A DNA stretch of 63,630 nucleotides, filler included, from Polymyxa betae A26-41 (taxonomy: Eukaryota; Protista; Endomyxa: Phytomyxea): assembly GCA_003693705.1 (NCBI GenBank). It is 13 parts of 13 records of this genome, joined end to end, with 100 filler letters (N's around TTAATTAATTAA, not from the genome) between each part and the next. Parts side by side here need not be neighbours in the genome. Positions count along the whole stretch, not along the records: positions 11,778 to 19,623 come from RBZT01000186.1; positions 19,724 to 29,162 come from RBZT01000297.1; 11 more parts are not named here. One strand, given 5' to 3'. Shown in pieces: positions 11,831 through 23,582 of the stretch (positions are counted from its first letter, which is position 1; each line of letters begins with the position of its first letter). Below the pieces are notes generated by a model. The model ran no database searches. It had not been told where the DNA came from and was given only the letters and a program-made list of their open reading frames with translations. The translations under genes and the position numbers were made by a program.

Positions 11831-14001
11831 TCTTGATGGACCTCGACACCAAGAGAACCTTCGTATCCCGCGCGGTCACGTTCGATGAAAGACGATTTCC
11901 AGGATCGAGCGACGACGATGGATCCGATGATGACGAATCCGACGAAGAGCATGAAGACCCCAAGACCACGCCCGACTGGTACGAGCTGCCTATTGTCGAC
12001 CTGCGGAAACAACATCAGATTGTGACGAATGACGACGACACTGACCTACCAGATCAAGAGTCTGCAACGACATCTGCCGAAGACGACGACGACGCCTGTG
12101 CGGAACCGACCAGCGACGCGATCGAAGACATCGGAGAGGTGAACAGCGAAGACGTTGGTCAGGGAGTTCTGCCTCCACGCAGCACAAGGAGGCCGCCGAC
12201 ACGCCTGATGGAAGAGCAGGAAGACTGGCGACAACCACGAGCACAGCTGAGTGGGCGACACTCAGCTCTGATGGCCCAAGATCGTGAGCCGACCACCGTT
12301 GAAGAAGCTCTGACCGACAAAGGATGGCGAGAAGCGATGAAAAGAGAGTTCGAGTCGCTGAAGAAGAACAGCACCTGGAAGTTGGTGCCGGCTCCGCCCG
12401 GACGGCGTCCCATTACCGGAAAATGGTGTTTCAAGCTCAAGACCGATGAGAACGGCATCGCGATAAGAAAGAAAGCTCGCTATGTCGCACGCGGGTTCAC
12501 TCAAAAGAAGGGCATCGATTTTGAAGACACATATGCGCCGGTTATCTCCTTGCCCTCCCTTCGGATAATGCTGGCGCTATCTGCTGACCTCGACTTAGAA
12601 TTCGTTCAAATGGACGTGGACACAGCCTACCTTTATGGAGATCTCGACGAGAAGCTGTACATGGAGCAGCCGGAGGGTTTCGAGCAGAAGGGCCCGAACG
12701 GCGAGCAGCTGGTGTGCCTGTTGAAGAAGTCAATATACGGGCTCAAGCAAGCGGGTAGATGTTGGTGGAAAGCGCTCGACGCCTACCTGAAGAAAGTTGG
12801 TTTTAAGCCAACGACGACCGAGCCGTGCCTCTACACGAAGACGCGAGACAACGAGAAGCTGCTCATCGGCGTCTACGTGAATGATCTGATAGTCGCGGCG
12901 CCGACGCGAGGTGACGTCACTATGATCGAGAATCAGCCCAAGAGCCGGTACAGCATGAAGCCTTCGCGGCCTCTTACCTTCACCTTAGGCGTTCGTATCA
13001 CACGCGAGCGCGACCGACGGCGTCTCTACCTGACGCAGGACGCCTATGCCCAAGCCGTCCTGAGACGATTCGGGATGGAGGAGAGTAAAAGCTGTGAACA
13101 CACCCTCGGAGGCCGCGCGACGAAACTGCGGCGAATCTGCCACTGCGGCCTCCTTCCCCTATCGTGAGGCAGTGGGCAGCCTGATGTACCTGGCTACATG
13201 TACACGCCCCGATATCGCTTATGCGGTATCGTATTTATCAAGAAGCACGAGTTCGCCTACCTCTAATGACGTGATCGGCATCAAGCGCGTTTTACGTTAC
13301 GTTCGCGGAACTGTCGACACTGGCATCAGTTTGGGAGGGGGCGGTTTGAAACTGGTGGCTTTCGCCGATGCGGATTATGCCACTGACGTTGAGTCGCGAC
13401 GTTCCATTTCCGGCAACATGATTATGTTCGGTGGTGGCCCCGTTCTATGGTCGAGTCGCCGCCAAGCATGTGTGACGCTATCTACAGTGGAGGCCGAGTA
13501 CGTGGCGCTCTGCGGCGTAACACAGGAGGTCGTTTTGGCGAGAGAGCTGCTACGAGAACTCGGAGTTGCTCAGCATCAACCTACAGTTGTTTACGAAGAC
13601 AATCAACGGGCCATTTCACTGGCCAAAGGAAACCCGATCGGACGTCGCTCCAAGCACATCGACGCTCGGTACCATTACGTGCTCGAGCAGTATGAGTCCG
13701 GGATCATCACTTTGCAGCATTGCCCGACTCAAGATATGATTGCGGACCATTTGACGAGACCCCTTGGCGCGACCGCATTCACAAGATTGCGAGACAAGAT
13801 CTGCGACGCACCCGGTCGCGTTCGGGAGGGGGAATTGGAGGGTTGCGACCGCGACGAGGCGCGACCTGTTTAAGGCAGCGTGTTCTCTGCAATTTTCAGG
13901 GCGATCGTGGCTGTTACTGGCCACACGTTTGCGAGCTAGTTTGGACCTAAATACAAATCACTTTTTTGATCCTAACTGTCTGTCGTTCGTGGAAACCAAC
14001 A
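11831..14001 (+). mobile_element. Ty1/copia retrotransposon 3' half (IN C-terminus, RT, RNaseH, PPT, 3' LTR)
   Basis: KARYVARGFTQ, QMDVDTAYL, SIYGLKQAGR, YVNDL (mutated YVDD), GSLMYL, RPDI, ADADYA, SKHIDARYH; frameshift near 13100; PPT GGGAGGGGGAA at 13824-13834; LTR about 13835-14001 ending CCAACA. Confidence 0.95.
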
Positions 14002-15145
14002 TTTAATGGCATGGATTTGTCGATATTGGATCAGCCTTTTCCGTCACGTACAGAACTGACTCGACCAGACGTATCCATTGACAAAATCTTTGCCGCATTG
14101 AAGGACGCCGACATTTTGAACGGCAGATATCGATATGATTGCTGCCCTTTGCACCTTGTGTCTGATACCATTCAACGACAAAAGCTGCTTCATGAACACT
14201 GTCGAGGCACTTCACTAATAACATCTAAGGGGTGACACCTGGCGGACGGCAACAACGTCCAATATGCTTTGATCAGGAGATTGCGAAAATCCTCCGTGCT
14301 GCATCTTCTCGACCGAAAGCTGGACTGTATGGGGAGCATCATGTTGTCGCTGTAAGCATTATTCTGTATGGTTTCGGACAATTCTTTTGAATCAAAAAAT
14401 TTATGATTTTATCCTCTTGGATTTTTCAATTTGTGGTGTTTTTAGTCTATTCGGGCCTTATAGTTATATCTCACTGATATTTCATAGAACATGATAGTGA
14501 ATTGATCGTCGAGAGCGATGATTGCAACCAACAAGACAATGTTCCTGATCCTTGCCACCTGTTCACAACATAAGAATTAATACTTACACTGTCCTTGCGA
14601 AGCTTTGAAAGGCCTGAACGCTATCAAAAACATGTTACAGCAACTTGCTGATATGGTCATGCATTTGGCTTAGACTCTGGCTACGTGCACATTCGAAACA
14701 AGCTTTCGTGCACGAAACTGCTCGAAAGCCGACCATCCACGATTGGTGCAGACGTAGACAAAGACGCTCGTGCAGTGGGCGTTGCAGCCGTCGTCGGAAA
14801 CCTCCAAGATTCGGCGTCTGAACGACCTGGCTTCGTACCCTCCCGCAGGGGGACAGGTTTGAGCAGGAAGGATTACGAGACCAGATTGCAAAGGTCTGGT
14901 TTCTCGCAGATGAATGCTCCAACCCTCTAAGCACCTTGATCGATCTGGTCACGGAGTTGACAGCTGGCATGTCGCTGCAGAAATCATCTTGAAAAATGGA
15001 CAATCACAACTTTCTCCCAGACTTGTTTGTGGAAACGCCGGCGGATCTCAAGGGCATACTGCGGCCATGCTTAGATCATCTGCTTGAGGAGTAGATTTCA
15101 TTAACCCAATTGCTAGGAGAAAACTAAATTGATTTCGACAATATT

Positions 15146-15229
15146 GTTTAAGATGGAGGTGTGGAGGCAGAGGTCAGCGGTCGTTTGTTAAAGATGGAGG
15201 TGTGGAGTCAGAGGGTCAGCGGTCGTTTG
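15146..15229 (+). repeat. Tandem duplication of about 42 bp
   Basis: AAGATGGAGGTGTGGAG(G/T)CAGAG(G)GTCAGCGGTCGTTTG occurs twice. Confidence 0.85.
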
Positions 15230-16909
15230 CCGGAAGCTGCTGGCAGCTTCTAGGATAGATGCTGTTGATGTCACGCTAAAGATCAATATGAAGAATGAAC
15301 GTATTATGAGCCGGGTGGCATCTTATATAGGAATATAGTGTTATCGCACTATCACATATCGGAAAAGGCCGCCGCGGAGTTCTGGCCGCCCTCGGTCCAG
15401 CTTGACTGGTAAGGTAGCTATACCAAGAAAACTTAGAACATTCCTGTATTTCCGGCCTCGCTTGTTTGGTCAAAGAGACTTGATCGTTAGTTTGAATTTC
15501 AACAAAAAGTTTCCGTGACGATAAGAACGTATGCAATGAGAAGAGCTTCATGAAAATAGGAATACTTACTAATCAAGCGGATCTGGCAAAGAAATCCTCG
15601 AAATGATTCTGAGTTGCCGTTGTAAAGTGGTGGTAACTTAACTTTGGGTTCAGGCTGATCTGTACTCTAATCTCTTGGTTGGATGAAGCCATGGCGTCCG
15701 CTATTGAGTTGTGTTCGTGAGTCTCGGTGGCTTGCAGTTTCTGTTCGTGTCTCTGTAGGCTCATGGGTTATGGTGCTGCAGCTGGAATGCAAGTTGCTCA
15801 CTATGACTCTGGAGATCTTGGTAGATTTGCAGGAAGTGTGCTGGACTGTTTTGGATTTATTGGATAGTTTGCATAAGTCTGGGATGATGATCAGGCTGGT
15901 TTTAATGATTCACTTGGTCAGCATTTGGGTCAAGGTTCAGGAGGGATTGAGCGTGATCTGGGCCCATAACCAGTCAGAATTGGCTAGGGGTTTCTACAGT
16001 CTAAATGACGACTCCAAGGTTATCGGATGAACAGGTCAGAGTGATTTTTTGCGAGATTATTTTTCCAAGACGAATGAGTGAGAAATGGGTATGTTCCCGC
16101 AGTTTTCATTGACAGCTTAGCTAAAACCCTAACCCTAACGCCGACAAGGAGATTTATTCTAATTAACATTGGCGACACTGGACCAAAAGAAATCTCCAAA
16201 ACACTTTCTAGAAAATCTTCAAAAACACCGTAGAATTCTTAACTTTATGCCTCGAAATTTAATTACCACTTATCATACTGAGGCAACCCGCAAACAGAGC
16301 GGATCCGTTTCCAATCTGAAACAGCGCAATCAATGAAAAGCGCGGCTGATCGTTTCGCTTCATCGTTGATGTTTTCCATGACCATTGAGACCATCTGACG
16401 GAGTGCTGCAAAATGAAATTCGAACTCTACATCCTCGGATATCTTTGGAATCACTATCAGAGCGCAAATTTCGAATCGGATCAGGATCATGCATAGCAGG
16501 TTCAGTATATACAGTTACAGAATTGGAGCTTTTGCGGTCAGACCGAGCTGTGTATGTAGTTGGTGAAAGATCTTTTACTGAAGGCGGATTACCACAGCTT
16601 TTGCATCGTCATGGTCATTTTTCGCCGAATTTTGCACCGGACCTTTCAAGTGTCTTCAACACACGATAGTCGTGGCTGCTGTAACGGCAATATAGGAAAC
16701 GCTGATCACTTTTTATACAAAAAAAGAGCTAGAATCGCTTCCTGCACTAAAATTCATAAAAACAGAGTAATAAGTTTGCAGAGCTGTCTTGATAATCTGG
16801 TCTATCTATATCAAGACTCTCAGGACAGTCAGAGCATAATTGGTTGATTGCGTGGCCTTCGGACTTCATGTGACTCTGTAGTGATTAGTCTTCAAGTTCG
16901 CTCCTCGAA

Positions 16910-19167
16910 ATGTTTTCTCTCTCCATCTTGCTCGTGATTCTGGTCAGATGCGACGCCGTCAGCCCTGCTGAGACCATTATAAAACAATCCGTCAATAGGC
17001 CCATTGACCAGCAGTCCGAGGTATGATCGTCCGTCTTTCAGTTTCACGACGGATTCATCATTAATTGGAATGGATAGCGGCTGAGCGATATTCCATCACA
17101 AGGCTCTTATTGTCAGCCTTTTTTCATCACAATCAAGTCAGCAATTTTATGGAAGAGATTGGCATAAAAAACGGACCTACTGTAAAACATGCTTTCGATC
17201 TGAATGTAAGAAGGGAGTATCCTGCAGATATCTCAGGCTAGATATACTATCTAGGAACTTCCTGAGACGTCATCTGTATGAAGCGATTCTGAGGGCATCC
17301 CATTTCCAGACTGAGATTTCTATGTAGGATTTCTGCAATGAAGATCCAACGGTTCTGGGCTCTATTGACACATCCATCCAGCTCGTTACACTCTCCCAAA
17401 ACCAACAATTAACAGAATCAATTCCGGAATCAGTTTTCGTTTTAAATTCGTCGAATTTCTGTTTCCACAAAGACACAGAAAATGTCACTTTCGCTACTGA
17501 ATCCTCAATGATGGATTACATTCAGGAACTTTTGAACAAACCAACAAAAAATGTGAAGAGAAAACGAGGACATTGTGAAGAACTCTCTAACGATTTGGAC
17601 AATTTGTTAAATCATAATATTGTTGATATTACAGACTACCATAGTCTATGTAATTTTCTGGTAACATAACTTTTATCAGGCTGCGTGTAGTAAATGTTAC
17701 CTTAGAGGAAAGAGCCTAAAGCCGACGAGATGCAAGAACTTTCTCAGCAATCGTTTGGCTGTAGAATGAATTATCGTATTAGAGCCAAGAAACCGGTCAT
17801 TTTGAGCCTGAAAGGGACCGAATACGCCCTCCATGAAATCAACGCGATCGCGATGGCTACAAAGACGTTACAAAAACTCATTCCAATTGCCAATCTGTAT
17901 CGGAAACTTTTCTTACTCCGGACGCTCCATCCCACTGAAGTTTCCGGCCAACGATTCCTGAGAGAATGGAGATATCCTGTATGTCGTCCAGTATTACGCT
18001 GTCTCATACAATGCTGCTCGAAAGACCTACGGATCTTCCAATCGCGTTGGGGGAATCCGTTCCCGCACTCTCAGTTCAGTCTGAGATGCTCGGAAGATTC
18101 GTGCCGCTATCAACAATCCCAGACGCGATCTCGTCAACGCCATCACGAAACCGTTCTTCTTTTCACTCGTAATGTTACCTTTCCGAATCTGATACAAAAC
18201 TGAAACGCCCGCAGAAGGCCGAGAAAGAAAAGAACTTCTGCACACGCTATTAAATTTCAATGTCGGAGATATCACGGACTACAACAGCCTCTGCATGTTT
18301 CTGGTAGGTTTCAGTTGCCGCTATTCATGTTTATCAGATTTTCTGTAAAACAAACAGCCTTCAGCCGAAGAATTCGCGTTCCTCACAGATCGCCGCTCTT
18401 GTGATCATTCCGCTGTTCGAAATTCCATCAAGCCGTTGATTATCGCTTTTAATAATGTCAAGATGGAATTGACGGAAATCAGCGAGCTTCTTAAGGCTAC
18501 AAGCACCCTACAGAAGCTCATTTTAATCTGTCGTTTATATAAGAAGTTTGTATGGGCTCTGGAGAACGGATGGAAATGGAGAGGCTGCACCTGGTTGGGT
18601 CGTTGTGTCCCAATTCTATGCTTTGTTACTATCTGCTGCCAGAAAGGTCTGCGGACTTTCCAGTCTCGATGGGGAAACCCATTTCCGCATTCCAGATTCT
18701 ATGATAAATGCTCGCGCAAGATCGCGGATGGGGCTCGCTGCGGATTCGAGCTGGCGCTTGCCAAAGGCGATGGTTTGCCTGAGATTCGATTCTTTCAAGT
18801 TTCTGATCGCAAAATTCTCTATGATTGTTTACTGAGATATCAAATCAAAGGGTTCCAAACAGTATGGCATAACTCCGAATGCTTTTTTTTTGTTTGAAAT
18901 ATTTCTCAGAAAATGTTTCTTCGCTGTATTCGATTTCTGTCAGATCAGGTTCGGCAACGAAAGTTGAATGCATCGTCCGGTTTATCCGTTTATTTATCTG
19001 ATACTGTGAATCCCATATTAAGCTGCCTTTATGAACACTGTGATGACGATGAGGAATATTTCCTAAGATATTTCGGAGATCAGATCGACCTCTCTCAATT
19101 CCGACAAAACCATTGCTCAGAACAATGTCCAGCTCTGTGTCAACTGACGGCTGATAACCAGCAATAA
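16910..19167 (+). CDS. Multi-exon protein with two tandem copies of an unrecognised module; probably secreted
   Basis: Introns 17661-17705, 18169-18214, 18304-18357 and 18862-18909 join the ORF pieces in frame from 17328 to the stop at 19167. A signal-peptide-like exon MFSLSILLVILVRCDA starts at 16910, but its splicing to 17328 is unresolved. Confidence 0.7.
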
Positions 19168-19452
19168 ATATTACACAAAACTGTCAGTATTTCTCTCGTT
19201 CCATTAATTGAAATATTGCTATAAACGCAGGTATTGAAGCTATCGCTGTATTAGCGCTTGTCATACCTGCAACTCAACGAAGTCAATGTCGCCTTTGTAA
19301 CATAACAGGTCCAAGCCGCGCCCTTCATAATGTGCTCTGAAGAGGCCGAGCTCGTTTTTGAAACAACCAAATCTCGATTTTTATTAAGGGCGAACTCCAA
19401 TCTGAGCTACTTTAAGAAATTCTACACAACAAAATCAGCCCAGAGCTCGAGT

Positions 19453-19623
19453 TCACCGATCACGTTCAGGCTCCGCAGCGATGCGACTCTCGGCTGCGTC
19501 TAATAACAACGCAACCTTCGAACCCTCTCGGGCATACGAACGGGCCATGCACCCTTCATCATCGAGGTCGCCGATCGTCTCCAAACGCGATAACAGTTCG
19601 CGAACGGCGTCGACATTGCCGAC
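19453..19623 (-). CDS. 3' end of an ankyrin-repeat protein, paralog of 23583-24916
   Basis: VGNVDAVRELLSRLETIGDLDDEGCMARSYAREGSKVALLLD aligns with VGNAAAVRELLSIEGIDLNILDDYGRTARDYAVEGSKIANLLD. Confidence 0.75.
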   Translation of the reverse strand, partial: VGNVDAVRELLSRLETIGDLDDEGCMARSYAREGSKVALLLDAAESRIAAEPERDR

Positions 19624-19723
19624 NNNNNNNNNNNNNNNNNNNNNNNNNNNNNNNNNNNNNNNNNNNNTTAATTAATTAANNNNNNNNNNNNNNNNNNNNN
19701 NNNNNNNNNNNNNNNNNNNNNNN

Positions 19724-20376
19724 GGCTGACATTACAGGCAACTGATGAATCGTTGATTGTGCATTCTGGGCCAGTCAGTTATAGATAGTTCAGATTACGG
19801 GGTTTGTGCGCAGTTTCTAACTACGCGCAAAACGTAGAAAGTAGCGCAGAATCATGACACTCTAGATCAAACATGTTAGACTTGTGGGCACACTTCCCAT
19901 TACGCCTCGAAGATACCACAGCTTAGAACGACCCCATCAGAGATTGAATGTTGTCGTGTTGCCAGATTGCTCAAAGTTTCTGAACGAGCAGAGAATTTTT
20001 TTGTAAAATCTCCAATTGTGCCATTTTGAGTTTTCCATTCTTGTGATGCGATAAAACAACTGCTCATACACATCTCGACGCTGCTAATCCGTTAGATTAG
20101 GTTTTTGGGGACTTTTCCCCGATTCGTGGATGGTCGGAGCTATTCCTGGCAACTTCATTTCACTAGGCCGGTGATTACAAAACAAGAAATAAAATCGACG
20201 AGGTTCCACGCACAATATCTCAGCGAGCAAGGCTCGGTTGAAGCTGGAAATTTCTGCATCAAATAGCCCTGGCCAAACCCTTTCATTGGAGCGCCAAGTG
20301 AAAGATTCAGGCAAAGACTGACCTTAATCCCGGGATCTTTTTCCTACCGGACATTTATTACCGGACAGAGGGAGTA
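19724..20376 (-). mobile_element. 5' remnant of a mariner-like element
   Basis: Canonical Stowaway/mariner end GGACAGAGGGAG+TA at about 20363-20376; NLTD*QRRDVYEQL is homologous to the N-terminus of the 9221-10928 element. Confidence 0.7.
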
Positions 20377-20539
20377 TACCGAATGCCGAAATTATTTCGG
20401 GAAAACTGCCGAAATTAAGCCAAACATTGAAAACAATTGCTGGGCACTGCCAGCTGGGCTCACGGACTTTCGAATTGGGATTGAAGAGCATCGGCAATTA
20501 CAGCTCTTCTGTTTGCTTGATCTCAATTCTAGTCTGCAA

Positions 20540-21080
20540 AATGGCACCGAAAATCAATGGTCCGCACAAACACAGAATTCCAAGTCAAACAACTTCCAAG
20601 TTGGTGAGCAACAGGGTGTCGTGCCCAGGTCTAAAGAAGGCCGCGCCTCTCACAAAGCCGCCTCCTAGAGATGCTGATTCTGTTCCTGAGCTTCCCGTCA
20701 CAGCAGAATCGTCTTTTCCCCTGTTTCTTGATTTTTTCAATCTGATTTTTTAGTCATCGGAAGGTTTTATTCCGCTCAGATTTTTTCGTGTGTTGAAGTC
20801 AGGATCATCTCCCAGGGATCCATCGTGAAATCAGCCCAATGCCGCTTTTGCAATATTTTTGGGAAGGAGGGCAAGCCGACAGAACGAGTACATAAACGTT
20901 TGGGCAAAACCATTTAGTGCAGAAAATGCTCGCAGCCATCATGAGCAGCAGAACTGCTCAAAATGGATGGAATATCAAGCATTGAAAGCTCTAGAAAAAG
21001 ACTCATCTTGCAAAGTTAACGGAGCTCCCTTCGCCAATACGATTTTTTCTCATTTCGGAAATGTTGGAGATGATTTTTTT
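20540..21080 (+). pseudogene. Degenerate N-terminus of an oomycete-type hAT-like transposase
   Basis: SAQCRFCNIFGKE.../KPFSAENARSHHEQQNCSKWMEYQAL, a CxxC...H zinc-binding pattern recalled from that family; frameshifted. Confidence 0.45.
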
Positions 21081-22237
21081 CACAAGTCCTCCTCGGCATG
21101 ACACGTCAGAAACTACATCCTCAGTCATTGACAGCCACGAGTACGAAGAATCAGTCATGGAGATATTCAGCGCTGTCATGGTCAAACGAATCCGGCAAGT
21201 ATGGAGAGAGAGGTTCACACCGGATTTCTACGACAGTTGGGAGCGCTGCTTTCATTTTTCCTCGAATCAGCAGGCACGAACCACTCGCCTTGAGGATAAT
21301 CGTAAAACATCCAGCACGAATATTGTCAGCTTCAAGATGATCCTGATGGTTGGGCTGGCGGAGACGAATTCAGAACCTTCATCTCTCAAAAAAGGGTCCG
21401 AAGAGAAGTACGTGTTGACCACCGAGATCGAGACTCGACCACAGTTCCGTTCCACCGAAATGTGCAATAGAGGCTCTAGATGCGCACAGCTGACCGGACC
21501 TTGTTTTCATGTAAATGTTCTGCGCTGTTGCTTTCGAAATCGGAATTCAAACTGCGCGTCTTGAAGTATGGGCAAGATTCGCCGCTGTTCTCCGGACTGT
21601 ATACCTATCCTTCCGGATATTCCACAGCTAAAATGAACTCTCCAGATTTTCTGAAAATTTTAGTCATTGTTCTGCTAGAGTGTCCACAGCTTTCTCAAAA
21701 AAACCCGAAGGCAAAATTAATGCCTTTCATAATTTGTGCTGCCGAATAATCGGATAGACCTCAAACCCCTCCCCGTCGTGCGAGTTCGCAAAGCAAGTCG
21801 CCACTGGCGAACACGCCACAAAAGAAACTCACGCAGCGCGGCCAGCAAAAGTCTGGAGAAAAAGACCTGATCGAAGCATCTTGAACGCCTGAGTGGCAAT
21901 CATCGGATGCTTGCCTTATGGCGGAACCGGGAGACGATGGAGTCCGAGTGATTTCGATCGATCGAAATGCTGATGATAATATCAATGTTCAAATTGGACA
22001 CGCAGTTCATTTTGAAACATGTCTGGATCACTGGAACTGCGCAAGCCTGCCATGATCTGCCTTTCCAAGGGAGAGCAGGTTTTGATGGAATTAGAAAATT
22101 GTCCGAATAAATTTTTATCAAAGTTCTAGGTCTAGACAGAATAAATCACAAAATTGCAGTTGATGGATTCAATGATGATGAAATAGTAGTTTAACAATCC
22201 GAATCGCTGTCAAACGGCAATTCTAATATCATTACAG

Positions 22238-23065
22238 TGTCAGGGACATAGCTGTGACAGCCCAACCTAGGAAGCGCAGCCCTCCGAGCGCAGGCCCAAA
22301 TGCCAAAACCCCTGCCAGACTGTGATGTTCGTCTCTTGCCAGCGCAGCCCGCGCAGAATTCCTTTTGACTGTTCTGGACTGAGGCGTCGCTCTAGACCTG
22401 GGCACGGTCCGGTCCGGTTCGGTCCGGTCCGCGGTTCTCAAGTCTCGGTCCCAGGACGGTCCTATGCCTTCTGAGCGGTCCGGTCCGGTGCGGTCCCGGA
22501 TTGATGACGGTCCTATCGGTCCAGTCCTACACATTGATTCGGTCCGGACCGGTCTTTCACGGTCCCTTCGCAGTTCCCAGCTCCGTCAAATAAAATTTTC
22601 AAAATTGTTTTCTTCGCGTGCTGGAAACACAGGCGCACTGGCCACGGCCTTCCCTCACGACTGATAACACAGAAAAACTGTTGAAATTGGCTTCCTGCAA
22701 CCGACTCTTCGGGAGAATTTTATAAAAATCCACTTTAATAACACACTAGGCAGGGATTGAGTATCCTTAACCATAGAAATGCAGGTAGGCGAGGGGACCC
22801 TTGAGGACCGGTCCTCACGATCCAGTCCGGTCAGGTCCTAGGACCGGTCCTGGACCTTACCGGACCGGACCGTGCCCAGGTCTACGTCGCTCCACGTCCC
22901 AAGTCTTGTACTCTTGTCACCCTACATTGGCCGAATGACGGCTCTTGCCGTGATACTTAAGCGACCATTTGTTCTATAGTTAAATCATACTTGTAATTGC
23001 TTTTATAAAGAAGTTTAATCCTCCAGCTCCTGCTTGTCCTCGTTGTCCTTGTTGTAGCTCCTTAC
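22238..23065 (+). mobile_element. Possible solo LTR hosting the hAT MITE
   Basis: TGTCA start, pyrimidine-rich 3' part ending TTACA, and a GCGCAGCCCTC motif shared with LTR family B. No TSD; an alternative end is 23086 (CCTGACA). Confidence 0.4.
22393..22884. mobile_element. Complete hAT-type MITE (492 bp)
   Basis: Perfect TIR TAGACCTGGGCACGGTCCGGTCCGG, exact 8-bp TSD CGTCGCTC (22385-22392 and 22885-22892), many GGTCC/GGACC subterminal repeats. Confidence 0.95.
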
Positions 23066-23582
23066 ATATGAAACCATTTCCTGACATATTCTAGAGCTGA
23101 AATATCACATATTTGATATCTATCTCAGTATGATGAATCAGGAGTCCGGAGGAATATCACCAACTGGTTCAGTAATCACCAATCATCACCCCGGGCCTCG
23201 GGCCAACAACCCTAACCCTAACCCGCTAGTCACGCATTCATTCCTCTCTTCATGAGAACATACTCTTTGTTACACTGAAGGATTAATCAGCGCGGCCCTT
23301 CCACCCACGTTACTACCTGTGTAACATAATTATCGCACATTCAGAAATCGGAGTTAATCGAGGATTTATGATTGATCCAGTGATATTGATCCAAATGGCG
23401 GAAGCTGCGTCACTCAGTGCTCGTCCTCTGTGACCTCAAATCCGAAACAACCCCTTCAGAGTCTTTGCGAAATTTTTGTTGACAGAATTCAACCGGAATA
23501 CATCATTGTGTAATTGTGATCTCATTAGAATCTACCTCAGTGCTTGTATAGTCAGATCAGTCATATTTACATTACAGAGACA

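Noticed and set aside
22393-22884. CRISPR-like or iteron array of GGTCC repeats
   Set aside because: Spacing is irregular, and the repeats are fully explained as hAT MITE subterminal repeats.
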